From an uncultured virus (IMG/VR IMGVR_UViG_3300042544_003275) (taxonomy: Duplodnaviria; Heunggongvirae; Uroviricota; Caudoviricetes), in IMG/VR virus record IMGVR_UViG_3300042544_003275: DNA of 64,000 bases; one strand, given 5' to 3'. The notes below the pieces were generated by a model that saw nothing but the letters and a program-made list of their open reading frames with translations, did no database searches and was not told the origin of the DNA. Each line of letters opens with the position of its first letter. The first letter of the stretch is position 1. Below are positions 50,043 to 60,662 of this stretch, piece by piece. The position numbers were made by a program, and so were the translations under genes.

Positions 50043-50149
50043 GGCCCGTTCGTCTACAGGACTCGCAAGAGAAACTGAAACCTCGGTAGAAGTTTAGGAT
50101 ATCCAACTTTTCGGTTGGAAGATAGAGTGTTCGAATCCTCTACGGGCTA
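50043..50149 (+). tRNA. tRNA-Glu-like with ~40-nt D loop and 8-nt anticodon loop
   Basis: GGCCCGT/ACGGGCT acceptor, TCCAA-CTTTTCGG-TTGGA. Confidence 0.5.
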
Positions 50150-50176
50150 CAAAAAATTGACCCAAACGATGAAGGA

Positions 50177-50211
50177 AACCCATCAAGTTGAAAAATTTGA
50201 TGGGTTTTTTT
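50177..50211 (+). terminator. intrinsic terminator ending the RNA unit
   Basis: AAACCCATCAA..TTGATGGGTTTTTT. Confidence 0.8.
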
Positions 50212-50218
50212 AATATAT

Positions 50219-50707
50219 GTGAAAATGAATATAGAAATCGAGAGAAAATTCTTACTCAAATCAATGCCAGATTTAAAACCTACAGAGGTTATTAAAATTG
50301 AACAATGGTATTTTAAAAATCATGAAGGAATTTGGGAAAGAGCTCGATATTGTAACTCTAATATTAAAGGTAAGTATTATATACATACCATCAAAACAAC
50401 AATCTCAAAAGGTGTAAATATGGAAGATGAACATCCTCTAACAAAAGAGGAGTTTAATCTATTCGTTGAAAATTGTAAAAAAGAAGGAGTAGAATCTAGA
50501 AGTATATCTAAAAAAAGATGTATTTATCCACAAGATAAATTAAAATGGGAAGTCGATAAATTCGACGGTCACCTAATTATCGCTGAAATTGAAATTCCAG
50601 AACAAGACTATGAAGTTATAATTCCTGAGTATATCAAGAAAAGAGTTATAATTGAAGTTACTGGGATAAAACAATTCAGTAATAAAAACCTTTCTAATAA
50701 AATCTAA
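50219..50707 (+). CDS. CYTH domain protein
   Basis: EIERKFLL, KKR, WEVD, AEIE, SN. Confidence 0.85.
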   Translation: MKMNIEIERKFLLKSMPDLKPTEVIKIEQWYFKNHEGIWERARYCNSNIKGKYYIHTIKTTISKGVNMEDEHPLTKEEFNLFVENCKKEGVESRSISKKRCIYPQDKLKWEVDKFDGHLIIAEIEIPEQDYEVIIPEYIKKRVIIEVTGIKQFSNKNLSNKI

Positions 50708-50717
50708 TATAAATTCT

Positions 50718-51305
50718 ATGAAAAAATTAGAATTAAGAATGTATGGTTTAACCCCTTATCAATTAAGTGGAATACAAATTGGAATACAATTTGGACACGC
50801 TGTTGTTGAGTATGGTCAAAAAATGAAGTATCTCGGAGAACACAATCAATCACTAAATATTCAGTACAACGATTGGGCTGATAACTGGAAAACATTTATC
50901 ATACTAAATGGAGGTGTGTCAAATCACTCTGTAAATAGATATTCTGATACTGAAGACTTTTTCGGATCAATGGAAAAAAATCTAAAATTATTAGAAGATA
51001 ATGGTGTTGAGATTGGTACTTTCTATGAACCGGATTTAAATGACATGTTATCTGGTATTGTATTTATTGTTGATGAAAGAATATTCAATAAAAAAGATTA
51101 TCCTGATTTTTCAGATTGGTTAATGTCTAATTATGGTGAACTAATTAGAACAGAATTAGGAGCAACCGTACATACCATATCAGAGAATATCAAAAACTCA
51201 ACTAATAAACAAGATCAAAAAGTTTATAAAGAATGGGTAAGTCTTGTTGGTGGTGAGAAGAATGTCTTTTTAAGAGACTTTCTAAAAAACTTTCGATTAG
51301 CCTAA
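50718..51305 (+). CDS. peptidyl-tRNA hydrolase PTH2-like protein
   Basis: LSGIQIGIQFGHA..W..KTFIILNGG..FYEPDL pattern. Confidence 0.6.
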   Translation: MKKLELRMYGLTPYQLSGIQIGIQFGHAVVEYGQKMKYLGEHNQSLNIQYNDWADNWKTFIILNGGVSNHSVNRYSDTEDFFGSMEKNLKLLEDNGVEIGTFYEPDLNDMLSGIVFIVDERIFNKKDYPDFSDWLMSNYGELIRTELGATVHTISENIKNSTNKQDQKVYKEWVSLVGGEKNVFLRDFLKNFRLA

Positions 51306-51745
51306 TGAATAGTAAATGGATAAAAATAAAAGATAAAGAGTTTATCGCTAAAGAAATATCAGTACAATATACTACCGATTACAACCAACAGTATTATAAA
51401 CACACTAGAATTGCATCATCAAACCCAGGTAGAACATCTTGTGATATAACAATTGTATTAGATTTAATATTACAAACAGAATCATATAAATTTATAACAG
51501 ATTTATATGATAATCAATTTGGAAGTGGTGGTCGGTCTGGTTACGCTGCTGATTATAAATTCAATGTGGTTTGTAGTAGTTTTATGGCACAAGGTTCACT
51601 AATTAAAAGTATTGATTTAGATCCTAATGGATTAGTCACTTTAGGTATAACAAGTGATTATGTAACATTAGTACCATTAGATGAAAGAAGAGACCAAATA
51701 ATAGATGAAATATTAAATGAAACTTCTAATAATAAAAACATATAA
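51305..51745 (+). CDS. hypothetical protein (C-terminal RDQIIDEIL)
   Basis: Coupled ORF. Confidence 0.6.
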   Translation: MNSKWIKIKDKEFIAKEISVQYTTDYNQQYYKHTRIASSNPGRTSCDITIVLDLILQTESYKFITDLYDNQFGSGGRSGYAADYKFNVVCSSFMAQGSLIKSIDLDPNGLVTLGITSDYVTLVPLDERRDQIIDEILNETSNNKNI

Positions 51746-51769
51746 TAAAAACAGAAAATAATTAACACT

Positions 51770-53896
51770 ATGATGAATAACAAGCAAAATTTAGAAGGTA
51801 ATGACTATCAAGTTCCTGATATCAAAGCGGCGTTGGAAGATGATGAAGATGATGATAGAGGATTTGGTTCTTCTAAAAAGTCTGAGTCTAAATCTAGAAC
51901 TCCGGTATTAGATACTTACAGTCGTGACTTAACAAAAATGGCAGAAGAAGGTCGTCTTGACGCTATTGTAGGTAGAGAAAAAGAAATCGAAAGAGTTTCT
52001 CAAATACTTTCAAGAAGAAAGAAAAACAATCCAATTCTTATTGGTGAGCCAGGAGTTGGTAAATCTTCAATCGCTGAAGGATTAGCACTTAGAATCATCC
52101 AAAGAAAAGTAAGTAGATTACTTTTTAATAAAAGAGTTGTTATGTTAGACTTGGCTTCAATGGTTGCTGGTACTAAATACCGTGGTCAGTTTGAAGAAAG
52201 AATCAAAGCTCTTATGGCTGAAATGGAAAAAGAACCAGATGTGATTCTTTTCATTGATGAAATCCACACTATGATTGGTGCAGGTGGAGCTTCAGGTTCT
52301 ATGGACGCTTCTAATATGTTCAAACCGGCTTTAGCTCGTGGTGAAATCCAAATCATTGGTGCTACTACTTTAGATGAATATAGAAAACACATTGAAAAAG
52401 ATGGAGCTTTAGAAAGACGTTTTCAAAAAGTAGTTGTTGAACCAGCTACTCCAGAAGAAACCGTACAAATCTTAAATAACATTAAAGATAAGTACGAACA
52501 TCACCACAATGTTGAATACACACCAGATGCTATTAAAGCTTGTGTTGAGTTAACTACTCGTTATTTAACTGATAGACATTTACCAGATAAGGCTATCGAT
52601 GCTTTAGATGAAGTTGGTGCAAGAGTTCATATCTCTAACATTAAAGTTCCTAAAGAAGTAACTGATATTGAAAAGAAAATTGTTGATATCAAAGAAAAGA
52701 AAAATGGAGTTATTCGTTCTCAGAAATATGAAGAAGCTGCTAAACTAAGAGACGTTGAAAGACAATTAAATTCATCTTTAGAAGTTGCTAGAAAACAATG
52801 GGAAGAAGAATCATCTAACAATAAACAAATTGTAGATGAAGAAAGTGTTGCTGAAGTTGTTTCAATGATGTGTGGTATTCCATTACAAAAAGTAAATCAA
52901 AATGAAAACGAAAAGTTAGTTAAAATGCAAGAAAGTATTTCTGATAAAGTAGTTGGACAAGAAGATGCTGTTAGAAAAATCGTAAAAGCTATCCAAAGAG
53001 GTCGTGTTGGTTTGAAAGATCCAAACAAACCAATTGGTTCATTTATGTTCTTAGGACCTACAGGTGTTGGTAAAACACAATTGGCTAAGATTCTTGCTAA
53101 GTATTTATTTGATTCAGAAGATTCTTTAATTAGAATTGATATGTCTGAGTATATGGAGAAATTTGCAGTATCTAGATTAGTTGGAGCACCTCCAGGATAT
53201 GTTGGTCACGATGAAGGTGGACAGTTAACTGAGAAAGTAAGACGTAAGCCTTATTCAGTTATTCTTCTTGATGAGATTGAAAAAGCACACCCAGAAGTAT
53301 TTAACTTGTTACTTCAAGTTTTAGATGATGGTCAGTTAACAGATTCACTTGGTAGAAGAGTAAACTTTAAGAATACTATTATCATTATGACTTCTAATAC
53401 AGGTTCTCGTCAATTAAAAGAATTTGGAACAGGAGTTGGATTCTCTACTAAAAGTAGATCTGAAAACAAAATGGATGAAACAAATTCAGTTATCGATAAA
53501 GAATTAAAAAAGAAATTTGCACCTGAGTTCTTGAATCGTGTTGATGATGTAATTATGTTTAACTCTTTAGATAAAGAAGACATTAACAAAATTATCAAAA
53601 TTGAACTTGATGGTTTGATTAACCGTGTTGAGAAAATGGAATTCAATCTTGAAATTACGGAAGGAGCTGTTGAGTACATTGCTACTGAAGGATTTGACCA
53701 AGAGTATGGAGCTAGACCTCTTAAAAGAGCGATTCAAAAATATGTTGAGGATGTACTTACTGAGGAAATCATTCAACACAATCCTGAGAAAGGATCTAAA
53801 ATGATTTTAGATTATAATAAAGAGGATGATAAAATGGTTGTCAATTTTGAGAAAAAGAAAAAAGTCACTCGAAAAAAGAAGAGTGATGAAGAATAA
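51770..53896 (+). CDS. clpC: ClpC-type AAA+ ATPase lacking the N-terminal Clp repeat domain
   Basis: Two Walker A ([16 protein letters not shown]), UVR-like middle domain, GVGF ClpP-loop. Confidence 0.85.
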   Translation: MMNNKQNLEGNDYQVPDIKAALEDDEDDDRGFGSSKKSESKSRTPVLDTYSRDLTKMAEEGRLDAIVGREKEIERVSQILSRRKKNNPILIGEPGVGKSSIAEGLALRIIQRKVSRLLFNKRVVMLDLASMVAGTKYRGQFEERIKALMAEMEKEPDVILFIDEIHTMIGAGGASGSMDASNMFKPALARGEIQIIGATTLDEYRKHIEKDGALERRFQKVVVEPATPEETVQILNNIKDKYEHHHNVEYTPDAIKACVELTTRYLTDRHLPDKAIDALDEVGARVHISNIKVPKEVTDIEKKIVDIKEKKNGVIRSQKYEEAAKLRDVERQLNSSLEVARKQWEEESSNNKQIVDEESVAEVVSMMCGIPLQKVNQNENEKLVKMQESISDKVVGQEDAVRKIVKAIQRGRVGLKDPNKPIGSFMFLGPTGVGKTQLAKILAKYLFDSEDSLIRIDMSEYMEKFAVSRLVGAPPGYVGHDEGGQLTEKVRRKPYSVILLDEIEKAHPEVFNLLLQVLDDGQLTDSLGRRVNFKNTIIIMTSNTGSRQLKEFGTGVGFSTKSRSENKMDETNSVIDKELKKKFAPEFLNRVDDVIMFNSLDKEDINKIIKIELDGLINRVEKMEFNLEITEGAVEYIATEGFDQEYGARPLKRAIQKYVEDVLTEEIIQHNPEKGSKMILDYNKEDDKMVVNFEKKKKVTRKKKSDEE

Positions 53897-53943
53897 ATTA
53901 AAGAGAGAGAGTAACTTCTCTCTTTTTTTTTATATAATATCCT

Positions 53944-54198
53944 ATGATTGACTATAAAAAAATTTCAGATTTTAACGGTGATACTCCCGAAGGTAAACTA
54001 TTACTATCAGCAATTGCTATATTAACATCAATTAACCAAGAAGATATCAAATCTTGTAAATGGGGTGGTATGACAAGTCCAGATAAAGTAATGGAACAAA
54101 TAGTCGAACTTGCTAATAAAATATTCTATGAAGAAGAATGGAAATTAGAACAAGAAAGAATCAAAAGAGATAAAAAAATAAATCAAATATTAGAATGA
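53944..54198 (+). CDS. hypothetical protein (C-terminal [10 protein letters not shown])
   Basis: 84-aa ORF. Confidence 0.6.
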   Translation: MIDYKKISDFNGDTPEGKLLLSAIAILTSINQEDIKSCKWGGMTSPDKVMEQIVELANKIFYEEEWKLEQERIKRDKKINQILE

Positions 54199-55115
54199 AT
54201 TTAGATTCAAGAATTTATGTAGCTGGTCACAATGGAATGGTTGGTTCATCAATAGTTAGAAGATTAAAAGAATTAGGTTATACTAATATTATAACAGCTT
54301 CCAAAAAAGAATTAAATCTACTAAATCAGACAGACGTTCAATCATTTTTTTCTAATGAATTACCTGAATATGTTTTTCTTTGTGCCGCCAAAGTTGGTGG
54401 TATAAAAGCTAACAACGAGATGAAAGGTGATTTCATCTATGAAAATTTAATGATACAATCAAATATTATTAAATACTCAAAAGATTTTAATGTTAAAAAA
54501 TTACTATTCTTAGGTTCTTCTTGTATTTACCCTAAGATGTCACCTCAACCAATTAAAGAGGAATATTTACTAACTGGTTTATTAGAACCAACAAATGATG
54601 CTTATTCTATTGCTAAGATTGCTGGAATTAAAATGTGTCAATCATTTAACCAACAATATGGTACAAACTATATTTCAGTAATGCCAACAAATCTTTATGG
54701 ACCTAATGACAACTATGATTTGAATAACTCACATGTTTTACCTGCTATGATTCGTAAATTTCACGAAGCTAAATTAGAAGGTAAAGATGAAGTTGAAATC
54801 TGGGGAACTGGTACACCTAAAAGAGAATTTCTTTATGTTGATGATTTAGCTGATGCTTGTCATCATCTTATGTTGAATTATAATGGTTCAGAAATAGTTA
54901 ATATTGGAACAGGACAAGATGTTACAATTGCTGAACTTGCAGTTGGTATTAAAAATATAGTTGGGTTTGAAGGTGAGATATATTTCAATCCTAAAATGCC
55001 TGATGGCACACCAAGAAAACTTTTAGATGTTTCTAAATTAGAGTCTCTTGGTTGGACTTATAAAACATCCCTTAAAGAGGGAATACAAAAAACTTATGCA
55101 GATTATGTCAAATAA
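54195..55115 (+). CDS. fcl: GDP-L-fucose synthase
   Basis: [37 protein letters not shown]. Confidence 0.95.
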   Translation: MNLDSRIYVAGHNGMVGSSIVRRLKELGYTNIITASKKELNLLNQTDVQSFFSNELPEYVFLCAAKVGGIKANNEMKGDFIYENLMIQSNIIKYSKDFNVKKLLFLGSSCIYPKMSPQPIKEEYLLTGLLEPTNDAYSIAKIAGIKMCQSFNQQYGTNYISVMPTNLYGPNDNYDLNNSHVLPAMIRKFHEAKLEGKDEVEIWGTGTPKREFLYVDDLADACHHLMLNYNGSEIVNIGTGQDVTIAELAVGIKNIVGFEGEIYFNPKMPDGTPRKLLDVSKLESLGWTYKTSLKEGIQKTYADYVK

Positions 55116-56151
55116 AATCGCATTAATTACCGGTATTACCGGAATGGATGGATCACACTTAGCTGAATTATTATTAGAAAAAGGATATGAAGTACATGGT
55201 ATAATTAGAAGAACTTCTACATTTAATACAAGTAGAATAGATCATATCTTTAGTCAGTTAAAATTACATTATGGTGATATGACTGATCCATTGGTTATTA
55301 CAAATCTAATCTCACAAATTAAACCTGATGAGATTTATAACTTAGCCGCTCAATCACACGTTAAAGTTTCTTTTGAAGAACCTTATTATACGGCTCAAGT
55401 TGATGGTGTTGGTACACTTTCTATTTTAGAGTCAGTTAGAAATCATTGTCCACAATGTAAAGTCTATCAAGCTTCAACTTCTGAACTATATGGTGGTATT
55501 ATTGAAAATATGCCAGAAACTGGATATACCGAAGAAACTATTATGCACCCTAGAAGTCCTTATGGATGTGCTAAGATGTATGCTCTTTGGATATCAAAAA
55601 ATTATAGAGAATCTTATAATATGTTTGCTTGTAATGGTATTCTATTCAATCACGAAGGTGAGAGAAGAGGAGAAACCTTTGTTACAAGAAAAATTACTTT
55701 AGCTTTAGGTGCTATTAAAAATGCTTTAGATAATGGATTATTAGAAATTCCAAAATTAAAGTTAGGAAATCTTTACTCAAAGAGAGATTGGGGATATGCT
55801 AAAGATTATGTTTATGGAATGTGGTTAATGATGCAACAAGATACACCAGATGATTATGTTCTTTCTACAGGTGAAACACATACCATTAAAGAGTTCATTG
55901 AATTGGCTTGTAAAGAATGTGGTTGGAATATTAACTGGGTTGGTGAAGGATTAGATGAAAAAGGGGTATTAGATAATGGATTAACTATTGTTGAGATTGA
56001 TGAAAGATACTATAGACCAGCTGAAGTTGATGTTCTTTTAGGTGATTCTTCTAAGGCTAAGAATGTATTAGGATGGGAACCACAAGTTAAATTCAATGAA
56101 TTGGTAAAAATCATGATGGAACATGATATTAAAAAACAATCTATTATATGA
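55105..56151 (+). CDS. gmd: GDP-mannose 4,6-dehydratase
   Basis: [39 protein letters not shown]. Confidence 0.95.
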   Translation: MSNKIALITGITGMDGSHLAELLLEKGYEVHGIIRRTSTFNTSRIDHIFSQLKLHYGDMTDPLVITNLISQIKPDEIYNLAAQSHVKVSFEEPYYTAQVDGVGTLSILESVRNHCPQCKVYQASTSELYGGIIENMPETGYTEETIMHPRSPYGCAKMYALWISKNYRESYNMFACNGILFNHEGERRGETFVTRKITLALGAIKNALDNGLLEIPKLKLGNLYSKRDWGYAKDYVYGMWLMMQQDTPDDYVLSTGETHTIKEFIELACKECGWNINWVGEGLDEKGVLDNGLTIVEIDERYYRPAEVDVLLGDSSKAKNVLGWEPQVKFNELVKIMMEHDIKKQSII

Positions 56152-56852
56152 TACATATTTTATGGTGTACACTAAGACCTGAACAATTTAAGTCAGCTCA
56201 CACCGAATGGATTAAAAGATCTGATAATCCAGAAAACATACAAACTTATGTTGCTGTTAATTGGCAACAACACGCTGATGAATTAAAAGAATATCTTAAA
56301 AGTAATTTTTTAATCACACTTAATACTAATAGAATTGGGGTTTGTTACCCATCATACCAATTATCTTCTAACTTAGGAGTTAAGATGGGTCAATGTAAAG
56401 ATGACGATATAGTCGTTTTTGCTTCTGATGACTTTATGGCACCTCAAGGATGGGACACCTACCTAATTAATAAACTTAGTGGTAAGGGAGATGTTGGTTT
56501 GATGGTTAGAGATGGTTATCAATTACCAGACTCATCAAATATGTTACATGCAGCTATTACTATTCCAATTATGACTTATGGTTGTTTAGTAAAGATGAAC
56601 AGAACTATTTACCATCCTGCTTACAATCATATGTTTTCAGATTGTGAATTATACAATACACTAAAAGATATGGATATGTTGTATGATGATAGATTAAATG
56701 ATGAAACAACATTTGAGCATCACCATTATGCAGCTGGTAAAAGACAACCGGATCAAGCTGACCAAGCTTATAATAATAAATGGAAAGAAGATGAACTGAC
56801 TTGGAATAAAAGAAAACTAATGTCAGTAGAAGAAAGAATTATAGTTCAATGA
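56148..56852 (+). CDS. GT-A fold glycosyltransferase-like protein
   Basis: ASDD motif, YxHMFSDCE; cluster context. Confidence 0.55.
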   Translation: MIHILWCTLRPEQFKSAHTEWIKRSDNPENIQTYVAVNWQQHADELKEYLKSNFLITLNTNRIGVCYPSYQLSSNLGVKMGQCKDDDIVVFASDDFMAPQGWDTYLINKLSGKGDVGLMVRDGYQLPDSSNMLHAAITIPIMTYGCLVKMNRTIYHPAYNHMFSDCELYNTLKDMDMLYDDRLNDETTFEHHHYAAGKRQPDQADQAYNNKWKEDELTWNKRKLMSVEERIIVQ

Positions 56853-57676
56853 AAAAGAAAATTAAAATAGACTTCTCAGATTTCTGGGGAGGATATAATA
56901 AAACAGATAATTACTTTTATAATTTACTGAAGGAAGAATTTGATGTTGAAATATCAAATAATCCAGATTATCTTTTCTTTTCACTATTTGGGAATCAACA
57001 TCAAAATTATAACTGTACAAAGATATTTTACACAGGTGAAAATGTAGCACCACCATTAGGATATTGTCAATACTCTTTTTCATTTGATTATTTAGATGAT
57101 AATAGAAATTACAGACTACCACATTATTTACTTTATGATGGATATTATGAATTGGTTAGACCTAAAATTATAGAAGAATCTATGGCTAATAGAAAGTTCT
57201 GTAATTTTGTTGCTTCTAACGGAGATTGTCAAGAAAGAAATCAATTTGTTCAACAGTTATCAAAATATAAAAAAGTAGATTGTGGTGGTCGATGGATGAA
57301 TAATATTGGAGGACCTGTTTCTGATAAAAAGAAATTCCAATCAGAATATAAGTTCTCTATTGCTTTTGAGAATAATGCTTACAGACCTCAACATCCTGGT
57401 TACACAACAGAAAAGATTATGGAACCAATGACAGTTAATTCTATTCCTATTTATTGGGGCAATCCACTAATCTATAAAGAATTTAATACAAAATCATTTG
57501 TTAACTTTTATGATTTTAAATCTGAAATTGATATGATTGAGTATATAATAGAGTTAGATAAGGATGATAATAAATACTTAGAAATGTTAAACCAATCTTG
57601 GTTTACAGACTATAATATACCAAATAATAATAAGATTGATAATATAAAATCATTCTTATATAAAATATTTAATTAA
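56849..57676 (+). CDS. GT10 alpha-1,3-fucosyltransferase
   Basis: FYTGEN, FCNFVASN, YKFSIAFEN, GYTTEKI, IPIYWG. Confidence 0.9.
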   Translation: MKKKIKIDFSDFWGGYNKTDNYFYNLLKEEFDVEISNNPDYLFFSLFGNQHQNYNCTKIFYTGENVAPPLGYCQYSFSFDYLDDNRNYRLPHYLLYDGYYELVRPKIIEESMANRKFCNFVASNGDCQERNQFVQQLSKYKKVDCGGRWMNNIGGPVSDKKKFQSEYKFSIAFENNAYRPQHPGYTTEKIMEPMTVNSIPIYWGNPLIYKEFNTKSFVNFYDFKSEIDMIEYIIELDKDDNKYLEMLNQSWFTDYNIPNNNKIDNIKSFLYKIFN

Positions 57677-57680
57677 TATA

Positions 57681-59063
57681 ATGACTAAGAAAAAATGTGC
57701 TTTAGTTTTAATAACTGGAGATAGAGTTGATTATATAGACAGTTCTATAAAATCTTGTCTTAATCTTATTAATAAATATAATAGTGAGATTGAGACAGAT
57801 ATATATTTAATATGTTTTGATGGTGTTAAAGTAGTATCAAATAATAATATTAAGACTTTATCTTTTGATAGACCAACTATTGAATCTGATATTGTTCTTA
57901 ATTTCCCAAGAAGTATCCAGCAAGTAAATAATTACTCAAATGATATTGAGTTAACTAAAAGAATATCATTAGGTCATTTAATTCTATTTGGATTAGTTCC
58001 AGATACAATATTTAAGAATATCAATATATTTAGTCAATATGATTATATTCTAAAGTCTAGAGCTGATTTAGTTTTTGATTTCAATGAAAATGATATAATT
58101 AACTTCAATCCAAGTAATCAACTATTAACATTTGAATGTTTTTGGGGTGGTTGTAGATATAATTCAAACTTTACTAATGATCATTTTGTTTTTGGTGAAA
58201 GTTCTGAGGTATTAAAACTAATATCATTTCCTATTAATGAATGTATTATTGATAAATTTTGGAATCCGGAACAGTACATGACATATATTTTTACAAAGTC
58301 TAGTAAAAGTAAAGTTCAAATAAGTACTGATAAATATTATCTTCTATCTAAAGATAGAGATAGTAGAAAGTGGATAGGATTTCCTTTAGAAAAAATAAAT
58401 AAAAATGATATTAACTTTTTAAAAAATATGGATATAGATATTACAAAAATTAAATTTACAAATGAATATGAAAATATAAATAGTTGTTCAATTGTTATAG
58501 CAAGATATAACGAAGATTTATCTTGGTCTTCATTATTAAATAAAAATTTAAAAATTTACTTATATAATAAAGGAAATGAAATAATTTCAAATTCTTTAAA
58601 TTTACCTAATATTGGTAGAGAATCAGATACCTTTTTACATCATATAATAGAAAATTATGATACAATTGATGATTTTACAATATTTCTACAAGGAAATCCA
58701 TTTTTTCATTATTATGGAATAATTGAATTTATAAATGGTGAACATTATAAAAAACAAGATATATTTTTTGTTTCAAATAGAATAGAAACTGATGATATTA
58801 ATGGTCTACCAAATCATGGAGGATTAAAAATATCTAATGTCTTAAATGATATGGGTATAAAATTTGACCAAGATATAAAATTTAAGTTTTCAGCAGGAGC
58901 TCAATATTGTGTACATAAAAAATTTATACATAATAAAAGTTTAGATTGGTGGAAAAAACTATATCAAGTACATAATAAATATTTAAATATACCTGGTATA
59001 AGCGGTTCTCCTTGGATATTTGAAAGAATTTGGCCACTAATATGGTCTATTGAAGAAAAATAA
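57681..59063 (+). CDS. two-domain glyco-related protein with C-terminal DUF3431-like domain
   Basis: IVIARYNEDLSW, PNIGRE, FLQGNPF, GAQY, FERIW. Confidence 0.65.
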   Translation: MTKKKCALVLITGDRVDYIDSSIKSCLNLINKYNSEIETDIYLICFDGVKVVSNNNIKTLSFDRPTIESDIVLNFPRSIQQVNNYSNDIELTKRISLGHLILFGLVPDTIFKNINIFSQYDYILKSRADLVFDFNENDIINFNPSNQLLTFECFWGGCRYNSNFTNDHFVFGESSEVLKLISFPINECIIDKFWNPEQYMTYIFTKSSKSKVQISTDKYYLLSKDRDSRKWIGFPLEKINKNDINFLKNMDIDITKIKFTNEYENINSCSIVIARYNEDLSWSSLLNKNLKIYLYNKGNEIISNSLNLPNIGRESDTFLHHIIENYDTIDDFTIFLQGNPFFHYYGIIEFINGEHYKKQDIFFVSNRIETDDINGLPNHGGLKISNVLNDMGIKFDQDIKFKFSAGAQYCVHKKFIHNKSLDWWKKLYQVHNKYLNIPGISGSPWIFERIWPLIWSIEEK

Positions 59064-59072
59064 ATAGATAAA

Positions 59073-59798
59073 ATGAAAAATATAATATCATATAGTTTAT
59101 GGGGCGATAAACCTATTTATTGGAAAGGAGCTCTTTCTAATATAGAACTCGCTAAAATATATTTTCCTGGATTTATTTGTAGATTCTATATAGACTCACA
59201 ATGTGATTCTAGTTTAATTGAAACTATAAAGGGTGATAATGTTGAGGTAGTTCTTGTTGGTAAAGATAAAGAGTATCAAGGAATGTATTGGAGATTTGAA
59301 GCAGGTCAGGATGAAGATGTTGATGTTTTTTTATCCAGAGACTGTGATTCCAGACTCTCTGAAAGAGAAAGTAAAGCCGTGAACGAATGGGTTTTGTCAA
59401 ATAAAGATTTTCATATAATGAGAGATCATCCATATCATACAGTTCCAATCTTAGGTGGAATGTGGGGATCTAAAAATGGATTAATGAGTAAAATAAACTT
59501 CTTAAAATTAGTTGAAGATTGGAGAGTAAAAAGAAATCAAGATATTGTTAGAGTATCAGGTCATCGACAACACTCAATTAACGCATATGGTGATGATCAA
59601 GACTTTTTAAGAGAATTTATATATCCATTAGTAATAAACAATACTATGGAACACTCTGAATTTAATTTAAGATTTGGGGGAGAAATTAGATACTTCCCGA
59701 CTATAAGAAATAATTACGAATTTGTTGGTGATGTATTTGATGAGAATGATATTAGAAATCCAGACTATTGGGTATTAATAAAAAATGTAATAGGATAA
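59073..59798 (+). CDS. putative glycosyltransferase-like protein
   Basis: SYSLWG, WRF, SRDCDSR, MRDHPYH, GGMWG, DQDFL. Confidence 0.55.
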   Translation: MKNIISYSLWGDKPIYWKGALSNIELAKIYFPGFICRFYIDSQCDSSLIETIKGDNVEVVLVGKDKEYQGMYWRFEAGQDEDVDVFLSRDCDSRLSERESKAVNEWVLSNKDFHIMRDHPYHTVPILGGMWGSKNGLMSKINFLKLVEDWRVKRNQDIVRVSGHRQHSINAYGDDQDFLREFIYPLVINNTMEHSEFNLRFGGEIRYFPTIRNNYEFVGDVFDENDIRNPDYWVLIKNVIG

Positions 59799-60662
59799 AT
59801 GAAAATAGTTATTATACAAGAGGCTGGTCGACACGAGAAAAATAAAAATTTTAGAGAGTCTTTGTGTTTACAAAACGCTTTATCTAGAATTGAAGGAGTG
59901 GAATCTAAAGTTTGGGGATTAAATTATCCAGATTTTAATATTCACTTTTCGGAAATAGAAAAATGGGCAGATGTTATATTTTTGATTGAGAACTATACAT
60001 CCGAATGGTTACCCGTTAGTGAAATATCAAATAGTAAAAAATTAAAAATATTTTGGAGTATTGATAGTCACTGTGTTTTAGAACAACATAAACAACTTTG
60101 TAGACTTTTAAATATTGATATATTATTAAACTCAACAGAATCATATTTACCAAACTTTGATGGATTAGTAAAAAAATCATATTGGTTTCCCAATTCTTAT
60201 CCTGGTGAGTTAATTTTTCCAAAGAATATAGAAAAGACTGTAGATATTGGATTCTGTGGAAATGTTTTAAATAGAGGTCATGTGATAGATTCACTTGATA
60301 AATATGATATTAAAAAAGACATCTTTGTTATTGGTGATGATATGGTAGATGTAATAAATTCATATAAGATTCATCTAAATTGTAATATATCAAATGATAT
60401 TAATTACAGAACATTTGAGACTACAGGATGTGGAACATTTCTATTAACAAATTATACACCAGGTCTTGAAAAATTATTTGATATTGGTAAAGAAATAGTT
60501 GTTTATAATGACTTAAATGATTTAGATAATAAAGTAGAGTATTATTTAGAAAATGAAGAAGAAAGAGAAAAAATAGCAAAAGCCGGATATGAAAGATCTA
60601 AAAAAGACCATACTTATTATGAGCGTGCTAAAACCTTAGTAAATATAATAAAAAATAAATGA
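59799..60662 (+). CDS. GT-B glycosyltransferase (CgeB-like)
   Basis: INYRTFETTGCGTFLLT, HTY..R. Confidence 0.8.
   Translation: MKIVIIQEAGRHEKNKNFRESLCLQNALSRIEGVESKVWGLNYPDFNIHFSEIEKWADVIFLIENYTSEWLPVSEISNSKKLKIFWSIDSHCVLEQHKQLCRLLNIDILLNSTESYLPNFDGLVKKSYWFPNSYPGELIFPKNIEKTVDIGFCGNVLNRGHVIDSLDKYDIKKDIFVIGDDMVDVINSYKIHLNCNISNDINYRTFETTGCGTFLLTNYTPGLEKLFDIGKEIVVYNDLNDLDNKVEYYLENEEEREKIAKAGYERSKKDHTYYERAKTLVNIIKNK

Noticed and set aside
55048..55104. TTG-start extension of gmd
   Set aside because: Deep overlap with fcl; homology begins at [10 protein letters not shown] (55105).
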